Below, in pieces: positions 14,701 through 26,400 of a stretch of DNA of 64,000 bases. The stretch spans positions 48,493,410-48,557,409 of the forward strand of contig NC_068987.1 in assembly GCF_001194135.2 (NCBI RefSeq), in the 5' to 3' direction. This DNA comes from Octopus bimaculoides (Eukaryota). A model generated the notes under the pieces. It had not been told where the DNA came from and ran no database searches. It saw only the letters and a list, made by a program, of their open reading frames with translations. Both the position numbers and the translations under genes were made by a program. How positions within the stretch are numbered: position 1 is the stretch's first letter; each line of letters starts with the position of its first letter.

Positions 14701-16958
14701 AGGGCATCCGGCTGTAGAAACCATGTCATAACAGACAACTGAGGTCTGGACAGCTCCCTGGCCAGCCAGCTCCTGTCAAATCATCCAACCCAAGCCAGCA
14801 TGGAAAACGAACGCTAAATGTTTCAGGTGAGGCTATAGCGCTGTGGACGATAGAGCATCACATGTTTACCTACAACAGTTATGTGAAGAATAACGAGTCT
14901 GACACAGCAGTTCAGCATGAGTTTTGGCACCACTTCAACATTCACCGAAATCAGGCTGTTCCTACCCGTAATACAATATTATGTTGGGTAAATGTACTTC
15001 ATACACAAGGTACTCTAATGAACAGGCAACCAGTGGGAGCACTACGAATGGTACGGACCCTGGAAAATGTGGAACATGTCAGACAAGGTTTGAGAAATGC
15101 ATTAATGAAAATGGACACCACATGATGGATGTTGTTTTTCATACTTGATTTTGACAAATTCTAATTCAATACAAACACAATAAAATTTGCTTGCAGCTAA
15201 AATTAATGATTTTGTGAATTTTTCAAAAACATCTGTCCTCTCAGCCCCACCCTGTATAAATGGGATACCAAATGTATGATGGAACACATTGAATTTGTTT
15301 TTTTCTACAAAATACACTTGTAAAGTAGGAGTATATCTTATATGCCACCAAATACGGTATCTTAATAAATTCTTCATTATTTTCAAAATCAATTGAAACA
15401 AAAGGCAATGTATGGTGACAAAAGAGTTAAAGTGATCTAAATTAAAAACTTCCATAAAAAATTTCATGTTAATTTATTCCAAACATTAGCTTAATACAGG
15501 CAAAGTTATTCTTCTGAATTCTTCATTATTTTCAAAATTAATTGATACAAAGGTAGGGTATATTAACAGAAATATGGTTAAAGGTTCAGTTTTCCTCTCT
15601 GAACTACTGCATACTGCTCAATCTATATCCATTTGTTGCTCATCTCTCTTCCTCTTATCAGTCTGTCACATTTCCTGCACTAGGTAAACATTTCACCCAT
15701 TCCTAAACTATACACTTTGCCTAATCCTTCTTTCTCAAAATTATATCTATCTGTGGATTTCCAATGAAGCTTATAAACATCAACATAATTTAAACTGACC
15801 ACTGATCACATCAATCTTAATTCATTACTCGCTACCTAAAGCTAAGCTGAGCTGAAATAGAGCTACATGCAATGATCCTCTCATGACTTAAAAATAGTAA
15901 AATTGAAATAATAAAAAAAATAATAAAAATAATTCAACCAAAATGACAGAAAACATAAGTCAGATGTTTCAAATAAAATTTTTTCTACAATTCTAAAAAG
16001 ATTTCAAAATCCTTAATAAAAACAAACAAACGAAACATCTCCCTGCCAATTTCTTTGCAAACACCATCAGTCCTGTTGGATCATAAACTTGTAGATTTTT
16101 TTTTTTTTTGTAGGGAAGGAAAAAAAAATCTACAATGTGCCATTAAGTTAAAGAATACTTACAGGATAAATATGGCTCTTTAGTTTCGGAGAAATTGATT
16201 CATGGTTCAAAATGATTCGGAATGGCATGTAAATTTCTTCACCAACTTCTTGAAGTATCTTCTTGTGCTTGGGTAAAAATGGTTCAAAGAAACGGACGTC
16301 CAACTAAAAAATATATAACATTTATATATGCATGGACTCATATTATATATATGTATAGTTATTTCGTATAAATTTGGTGAACACAATGCTTTTCTCTCCT
16401 TGCCATTAAAAGTAACCCCAAAACTATTTATCAGTCCTTCTTTTCTAGATGGACCAAGGAGTCCTTCCCTTTTTTTAAAATCTTTTAACTGGTTCCAGTC
16501 AGTGAATGAGGTATACAAACACATATACACAAATTTAAACACACACACATATAATAATTAAAATGAGGAAAACAGAAATTCAAATTGATGTTACAATCAT
16601 TTCAGTAAACAAACATTTTAATTATTATTGCTTGTTCATCTTGTTGGACATCATTATTTGACACATGGAAGGTGGACATTAAATGATGACAAACACTTCA
16701 TAGATGTACTAACTCTGTGCAAACAGACATGATGTATACAAGCCTTCATGAGTGAACTTCTAAGCATTTGAAATGTCAAAAGAATATATGTTAACTGACC
16801 AAGAAACATATTTTATACATATTGGATTGTACCTTGGATTTACAAAGTGGTCTCCTTTATAATCTATTGGAGTTTAACTGATGTTTATTCAGTTAACTGA
16901 ATACTATACTAATCAGGTTTTTATATGAAGTGCTTGATTATAACTATCCCCTCAAATT

Positions 16959-16999
<41 letters not shown>

Positions 17000-17418
17000 C
17001 TGTAGTAACGCCTGCGCATGCGTAGTCTTACGCATGCGTAGAATTAAACAAGCAAGCGTTTTCCCACTCAATTCATTCTCTTTCTCCCTGCCCAGCGATT
17101 GAGCATGGACGTGTGTTTAAAGCTGTCTCTACATCTTTCGGTCTTATACGCGACAGCTCTAAAGATGTATAACTAAAGATATGTATGTTTTATCACCTAA
17201 ATAAATGTTGTTTAAGTTGTTTAGTCTGGAGTTCAGCGTTCCGTCAATTTCTTTAATTTTACAGTAGAAAGTCAGGTATACAATCTAAAGATGTATAACC
17301 CACTTTCTACTAAATATATATATACGTTATTTAAAAGCAGCAGAAATATAACAAACGACTGTTACTCGGAGTTTCACATTCCTGTTAATCGGACAGTTTT
17401 GTTACTCCGGTGTATATG

Positions 17419-17460
<42 letters not shown>

Positions 17461-20400
17461 ATCATCATCATGGAAGTCTATCTTCCATACTGGCACTGGT
17501 TGGATGGTTTGATATGATCAAACAAACCAGAGCATTGAGTCAAGCTCCAATGTCTGCTTTGGCATGGTTTCTACAGCTGGATGCCTTCCTTATGCCAATC
17601 ATTTTACAGTGTACTGAGTGCTTTTCTTGTGACACCAGTTCAGTGAGATTGCCAAGTAACTCGCAAAACAAAGAGACAAATCCCTTGATTGAGAGGTGTT
17701 GTAATAGAGAGGGAGGTGGCTTTATGCCAGTGTTGAGAGAAACAGACACAGGAGGCTTGCTATAGACACCTGTGTTGGGAAGAAAGCTTTCCAATCATAT
17801 GGCCTTGGGTTCAATTCCACAGTGCAGCATCTTGGGCAGATGTCTTCTACTTTAACTTAACCAAAAACTTTATGAGAAGACTTGGTAGACTGAAAGAAGC
17901 CCATTGTATATATGTGTTGTATGTGTGCATGTACTCTTAACTTGACCTCATGTGATAGTTGTAAATGAATCTCACTGCAATGAGTTTGAGTTTGCGTGAA
18001 AAACATGTCTGGCCATGGGAAACATTACCTTGCTTAGAAACGGATGAGGGTTGGTGATAGGAAGGGCATTCAGCCATAGAAAACTTGCTTCAATAAATTC
18101 CACTTAACCCATGCAAGCATGGAAAAGTGGACAATAAATGATGATGATGATAAACTAAGTGATAGATAGTAAAGCTTCTTCTCCTGGTAAATATATTATG
18201 CTGGTATTCTTTATCATAAAGAGTACATGAAGAGCTGGACAAGTAATTGTTTAAAAATTATATATTAAAAACTAACAAATATATAGGTTAAACAATGATG
18301 ATTACAAAAAAGGAAAAAGCATACCTTGAAAAAAGAAGCAAATCGGAATTTAACAGCTCCAGTTAAATATTCAAAGTATCTTTCAAAGCGTGATATCTTT
18401 TCACTTGTTCTTCTGTCAAAGCCTTCACCCCCAATATCATTATCTCCAGGAACATAGATTTTCTGAAAAATTATGAAGGTTATATCATGCCAAGTCAGTC
18501 TGTTAAATTAACAAGGCAATATATCAAAGTTTTTCATTTTTACTCATATATTCATATCATAAAATTTGAAACAAATATGTATGTGTAAAACAGAAGTTTT
18601 CCTTCATATATAATATTTTATCTTTTACTTATTTCAATCATTAGTTTGTGGCCATGCTGGGGTACTGCCTTGAAGAATTTTTGTCAAATGAATCAACCCC
18701 AGCACTTATTTTTTTTTAAAGCTTGGTACTTATTCTATTGGTCTCATTTGCCAAACTGATAAGTTATGGGGACGTAAACAAACCAACACCTATTATCAAG
18801 TGGTGGCATGGGACAAATAAACACAAACATGACAGGCTTCTTTCAGTTTCTGTCTACCAAATCCACTTACAAGGCTTTGGTTAGCCCAAGGCTATAGCAG
18901 AAGACACTTGCCCAAGGTGTTGCGCAATGGGACTGAACCTGGAACTATGTGGCTGGGAAGAAAGCTTCTTACCACACAACTACATGTGCGCCTATAATAA
19001 TAAAATTTGTTTGAACATTATTAAAAACTGAAGATGGTTTACTAGTAATATAGAGAAGTCAGTTGAAAAAAATTACTTTTGGAGATATATGCTGAAATAT
19101 CTTTTTTCATACATTTCAGCAATTATTACGAAACATTCATATCTTTTTGAGTGTTACTACAATACTATTTGCTTCTTGCTAACTCTGCAGCATTAACTCA
19201 TTTGTTACCATATTTCTAACAAAATTCAGTCTTTATTTCAATTAATTTTGAAAATAACGAAGAATTTAGTAAAATAATTTTGTCATTTTTAAGCTATTGT
19301 TTGGAACATAAATTAACATGATACTTTGATGGAAGTTTTTAATTTAAATCATTTTATATAACACTATAGGTGGTCTCAAGCAGGTTGGTATCAAACGGTT
19401 AAAGACACTCCCTTTCTCCAAGCTTAGATTCGAAACCAAATCTAAGGACCAAACAGGCATGAAAGAAATTTTCTTTGTCCTGTCAAAAAACTAATAGATC
19501 ATCTCCTTTTGACCTCTGACCTCAGCCATGTCAGGCGAAGTTCAAATGGACAGGAGCTGACCTATTTAGACACAATCTCTGCTGCAGTATGTCTGTCCTT
19601 CTAGCTGCCATGATGGGTTATAAATACCATGGTCAGCAAAGGAACAGACAGAAAGGATCTGGTATGCAGATAGAGTGCACGAGATAGCCAACCAGTACTT
19701 TCTCAGATGAATGACGAACACATAGATATAAAACATATTCAGTTCTACCACATCATATTCACAGATGTATCCTGTTTTTTATTCTTCTCCAGCTCAAAGC
19801 AATTGGCAACAAATAAATGCAGTGAAAAATTGTGCATATCACCAGCAAATGCAAGCCTCGTAAATAAATTATTTAAACTATAAATCGATGTCATTCCATT
19901 ATTTACTTCGAAGGCATCCACATGCCTATCACATCTGTTTACCTCAACACATTCTGATACACCTTTTCCACTACATTTGGTGACCCTGTCAAAGAATTGC
20001 AGCCTTCCTTTGAACCAGCTTCACCAACTTAATTGCATTTGGAAAATGAAGACATTCTTTGTACTGTGGTTAAACTTTCCATTTCGTCACCACATTTGTT
20101 GACCCCGTCAACGAATCAGTTTTCACATCACCCAGCAATGAATTAGAACTGGAAAATTGCTGTGATTGATCGGCACATAATTGCCCCCCCCCCCCGAACA
20201 GAACCCAGCGACGAACACATCCATGGTTGACATAGCATTCCAGGCAGCAATTCCTTTCACCAATCTTTTCCTTTCATCGTCCAGTGCTTTGGAATCTTCC
20301 GACTTGCGTGCATTGGTGACTCAGTGGGCATCACAGATACAGGCCCTGACAGAGCAGATAAAAGCCCTATTGCTTGGTCGAAATAATAGCTAATCACATC

Positions 20401-23400
20401 AATTTGGTAGACAGTCCTGAAGCTCAAGTGCCACCTGCATGAAACGTGTTGGTACCACCGAAAGTTCGGAACACGGGTGCAGAAATGCACAATCCCATGC
20501 TCGATTTCAGCATCCAGTTCGGGAAACAAGACACCCAGGACTTAAATGCAACAGAAGTTCTTAGCTCCCACCCACAAAGTTGCCTGTTTTTTGTTTGCGA
20601 TCATGTAACAGGCATGCGTTTCTTTGTTGACACAGGTGCAGAAGTCAGGCAAAAGAAAAGAAATACCAGTCCGTCTTCAGGCAGTTAACCACTCACCAAT
20701 TCCAACCTACGGTGAACAGTCCCTAACGTTGAATTTAGGACTATGACGCAACTTCCAGTGGGTATTTGTCATAGCTAAACTGCTGACCCCTATCTTAGGA
20801 GCTGATTTCCTGCATCATTTTGGATTCCTGGTAGACATTAAACATAGAAGACTTGTCGACAGCATCACACAACTCACTGTGTGTGGTGTAGCCACTTGTA
20901 TGGCCACAGTCAGCCCAACTATTTTGCTAACAACAACTTGTCACAGCGCTATCCTGAAAGAATATCCAGACGTCACTCAACCAGTATTCCATAGTCAGCC
21001 GATCAAACATGAAGTCACTCACTACATCAAGACCAGCTGTTGCTGCACAACCCTGAAGGTTACCACCAGATCGTCTTAAGGCCGTCAAGTGACAATTCCA
21101 GCACATGCTCGGCCTTGGAATCATCCGCCCATCCAGCAGCAACTGGTCTTCACCAATACACTGCGTACCAAAAACATCATCAACCAACTGGAGAGTTTGT
21201 GGTGATTATCGATCACTAAATAACTGCACTGTAAGTAATGCATATCCTGTCCCCCATCTTCAAGACTTTTCTAGCTCGCATCTTTTCAATGATTGACCTT
21301 GAGCGAGCATACAACCAAATCCCTGTGGAACCTGCAGATATTCCGAAGACAGCAGTCACGACACCCTTCAGAATGTTTAAATTCCTGCATATACCTTTCA
21401 GTTTACGTACCGTGGCACAAACATTCTAACGGTTTATCGATACAGTTACCAGAAGTTTGCCTTTCGTCTATGCCTCCATAAACAACATACTCGTGGCCAG
21501 TAGCTCAGATGAAGGGTATGATCAACACTTGCACCTGCTATTCGAACACCTGCATGAATACGGTGTTGTTACCAACCCTAACAAGTGTTTGTTCGGAGTT
21601 GCGTCCCTTCATTTTCTTGGGCACATTGTTGATAAGGATGGCATTCGCCCACTTCCTGAGAAAGCCAAGGCCATCGTGGATTGTCCACCACCCACATCTC
21701 TCCACAAATTGCGGGAATTTCTCGGTTTAGTGAATTTTTATAGGTTTCTACCCCACTATGCAGAGTCAGCGCAACAGCTCATGGATTTAGTATGTCAGTG
21801 AACATGCAAAAACACAAACATTGCCCTGAGTGAAGAATAACTTTCCTCTTTTGCTGCCTTGGAAAAAGCATTATCTAACGCTACCATGCTGGTGTATCCC
21901 AAACCAGACGCCCCACTGTATGTACTGGTTGATGCATCTGATTCCAGAGTTGGAGGTGTGCTACAGTAGCTTGTTGATGGCATAAAGCAACTGTTGTCTT
22001 TCTTTTCCAACAGGTTAAAACCTGCTGAAACGAAATACAGCACTTTCAGTCGAGAATTATTAGCGGCATACCTGGCTGTTAAGCATTTCTGACACATGCT
22101 AGAAGGTACCAATTTTGCCATATACACCCACCACAAACCACTGGTGTATGCATTTAATAGCAAGCCTGATTGTCACTCGCTGAGAGAAGTCTGCCATCTT
22201 GACTTCATATCGAGTACACGACAGATATATTCCACATCAAAGGGCCGACCAACTCAGCGTCCAATGCACTATCACGCACGCAGATCAATGCAATGCACAC
22301 CACTGCCACAATTGATCTTCCATGTATAGCAGCTGACCAGGAGAATGATGAAGAACTTCTAAAGCTCCGAAATTCGTCTCTCAAATTTCAGGAAGTTCTG
22401 GTACCACCATCCACAGCCCATATATGGTGTGATATCTCCACTGGTCACCAACGCTCTCATGTACTGCAGAAGCATCACCGTCAAGTTTTTTCTGCCCTGC
22501 ATCCTTTGTCACATCCTGGTATTTGTTCCATTTAAAAGCTGATATCGACCTGTTTTGTGTGGACCAGTATCAACAAGGATAGAGAATGGACCAAGTGCCA
22601 AAAACTGAAAATCTACTGGCACATAAAATCACCGATTGGCTCCTTTTCAAAACCCCACGCATGACTTCAGCATGTACACATCGACATTGTGGGACCCCTG
22701 CCACCTTCACAGGACTGTATACACCTTCTCACCGGTGTCGATCGTTTTTCGCGGTAGCCTGAAGCTTGGCCCTTATGAGATACTTCAGCAGAAACGGTCG
22801 CCAAAATGCTGATATCCCCTTGGGTTTCACATTTTGGCACACACACAACTATCGCCACCGACAGAGGACATCAGTTCGATTCTCACCTTTTCACCAAGCT
22901 GACTCGTCTCCTTAAAAAAGCATTCGTCGAAGAGGACTTATTTCAGCACCCCCACTTCCTCAAATGGACTCAACAACTTCAGCTTCACCCATCGCAAACA
23001 CTTCAGATTCTGCACAACCCCGGCACACCAAATCAGGAAGAACAGTTTGATGGCCCGCAAGGTTTGTTCAAGTCTTTCGAGTAAGTTCAAACTCTTCACC
23101 TACCCATTTTCTCAATTGAAATGTCCACATCAACACAAAAAAACAAATTGTTTATTTTTCTTATGGTTATGAACAATTTACACATACGGAACCCAAATGA
23201 CACTGCATCACCTGCATACAAACCAAAAGGAAACAACGAACATTTTGTGTAAAAAAAACACATTTTTCTACATCAATGAAAACCATTTTTATAAACATTG
23301 ACTAAACATTTCACAAACGAACTTTTTCCACAAACATTTTTCATTTTTCTGTCAATTCCTTGCATGTACATATGTTTTGCTCCTTGTGTGCTTACACTCA

Positions 23401-26400
23401 CATTCTCATGTGTACTACCACTTGATCTTTTGTGCCACTGAAAGACACCTTACCTCTAGTGGTTTGTGTAATCAATAGTCGCACATCTCTTTCAACACGT
23501 CAACATGTTTCTGCCTAGGCATATACATATTGCCTAACATATTGCACACATCAACTCTGAACTTTTTTGCTTTATATTTTTATTGCTTTCACTCCCCATG
23601 TTTTTGACATGTGTTCATTTGTCTGTAAATTACACTGTATAAATTCTTTTCTGCATTATACACAAAATCACATTTTCAATATCATTCGATCTCTGTGGCT
23701 TTCTCACCAGAAGTGGGGGATAGTGTAAAAACTAACACTCCCTTTCTCCAAGCTTAGATTCGAAACCAAATCTAAGGATTCTCGCTCGTCTGAGCCACGA
23801 CTGACCAAATAGGCACGAAAGAAATTTTCTTTGTCCTGTCAAAAAATGATAGATTGTGTCCCTTCGACCTCCGACCTCAGCCATGTCAGGCAAAGTTCAA
23901 ATAGACAGGAGCTGACCTATTTAGACACAATCTATACTGCAGTATGTCTGTCTAGCTGTATGTCTAGCTGCCATGATGGGTTATAAATACCGTGGTCAGT
24001 AAAGGGACACACAGAAAGGATCTGGTACGCAGATAGAGTGCACGAGATAGCCAACCAGTACTTTCTCAGATGAATGATGAACACATAGACATAAAACATA
24101 TTCAGTTCTACCACATCATATCCACAGATGTATCCTGTTTTTTATTCTTCTCCAGCTCAAAGCCGTTGGCAACAAATAAATGCAGTGAAAAATTGCGCAT
24201 ATCACCAGCAAATGCAAGCCCCATAAATAAAATATTTAAATCGATGTCATTCCATTATTTAATTTGAAGGCATCCACATGCCTATCACATCTGTTTACCT
24301 CAGCACATTCTGATACACCTTTTCCACTACACATATACAGATTAACTGGGGAACAGTGAAACTAACTATAGTCAACCTATTTGACTGGTAATGACTAGTC
24401 AGCTATATGTTCTAATATGATTAATATCCTTCTTGTCTTGATCATAGTTTTAATGTCCACTTTTCCATGTTTGCATCATACAGGATTCATTGAGGTAGAT
24501 CTTCTATTGCTAGAATGCTCTCCGTTGCCAACCTCCATCTATTTCCAAGCAAGGTAATATTTTCCACTAGCTCAGACATGTTTTCTCAGGAAATTGCAAA
24601 GAAATAGTACCACTCAAATTATGGTGATGTTTGTTTACAGTCAGTGCTTGATGTCAGAACAAGACAGAAACGTTGACAATGGGTTTCTTTCCAGTTTTTG
24701 TCCAGCAAATTTACTTACAAGGCTTTAGTTGGCTCAAAGCTAAAGTAGAAGACATTTATCCAAGTGCTGTGTAGTGGGGTTGAACCTGAAATGACATGGT
24801 TGTGTAGCAACTCAAGGTACTAATCCAATACACTGAATTTTATATTTCCCAATCAACTACATTATTTTCCCAGAATGCACAGTCATCGCTGTGTGGTTAA
24901 GAAGGTGATTTCCTAACTACAAGCAAGTATCTTCTACTATAGCTCTGGACTGACCAAAGCTTTCTGGGTGTATTTCGTATATGGAAACTGAAAGATGCCC
25001 ATTGCATGTGTGTGTGTATACATTTGTGTCTCCTTGTCTTGACATTACATGATAGTTGTAAGCATCACCATCATACAAGCAGTTTCATTCCTTTGAATTC
25101 TACTGTGAAAACATGCCAGCCAAGGGAAACTACTATCTCACTTGGAAAGAGGTGAGGGTTAGTGACAGGAAAAGCATCTGGTTGTCGAAATTTGCCTCAT
25201 CAAATTCTATCTGACCCATATGCAAGCAAAGAAGAGTGGATGTTAAAATTGACAATGGTGATGAAAAATGCGCTCACATACATGTTCAACTCACTTTGGT
25301 TTCAGCAGCATCCTGAAAAATATTCTGCAGTCTTTGGTAATACAACTCATATTCTTCATTGGTTGCGATACTACCTTCATCCATTAGATCACCAAGGAAA
25401 AGAATGATATCTGGTGAGGAGTGGAGAAATGCCATACTAAATGAACGGCTTATGTACCTGGAAGGGAAAGAAAAAAAACATTTTTTTTATGTAACAGAAA
25501 AGGTTGCCATTTGCAGCAAAAAGGAATTTAGAATATAATGAAAGACATGTATGTCCACTTTGCTGGGTAGTTGGTATTAGGAAGGGCATCCAACTGTAAA
25601 AACTATGCCAAAACAGATACAGAAGTCTGGTGCAGGCTCCTGTAAAATCATCTAACCTATGCCAGCATGGAAGGCAGACATTGAATGATGAGGATAATGT
25701 GTGTAAAAGGTTGATAGCAACATTAAGACATTAGTCTCAATCTATCACCTTTCAACAAAAATATATCTTAGGAAACAGTAGAACAATTAATAACATAATA
25801 AAATAAGTTTTATTTTGGTGATGCTTGGCTTTACAAAACCTGTGTCATTCAGCCTGGTAGCTGCTGGTTAACTTGTAATCAGCATCTGGAGATTAAAAAC
25901 TTCGTTGAGGCATCTGAGAGGAGCAAGTTGTTATTACATCGAAGGCATCATGCTAAAGAGGCTGAGAAAACGCGCGAAGCGCTTTAAGTACTGGTTTACT
26001 TCGCATGCGCACTTGAAGGGCTTCCAGGAAGGCAAGTCCCTTGCGCATGCGTAGATTGTACTTCCTTAATGGCGGCCATAAATTCGCGCCACTACATATG
26101 TAATATTTTTTCAACAGTAACAATAAAACACATTTTAAGAAAACAAGCTTCTAATAGTGCAGCCACTGCTAAGACAGTCATAGTCCAAGACATGATGGGC
26201 TAATTTCCCATAACCATTTAATGCAGGGGTCCCCACCACTACCAGACTACACAGAAAGAATTTTAAAATTTTATTTCTATTTCATTGATTATTGCAAACT
26301 GCAGGACTTTTATGCATTTCATATGTTATATGTATGCATTATATATGTAATAATTACATTATATATTATGCACTTTATTGTGTTTTGTTATGAATGTGAT

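Larger units (their letters stand above)
19405..24331 (+). mobile_element. Decayed Ty3/gypsy LTR retrotransposon, antisense in the intron between coding exons 3 and 4
   Basis: Two related LTRs, PBS, PPT, gag tail [12 protein letters not shown], protease [11 protein letters not shown] ([29 protein letters not shown]), RNase H (LVDASD), integrase ([22 protein letters not shown]) in gypsy order, with many stops and frameshifts. Confidence 0.95.

Noticed and set aside
19380-19410. Target-site duplication for the gypsy element
   Set aside because: The start of the 5' LTR is replaced by a TTAA MITE end, so the CATAT flank after 24331 has no match on the left.
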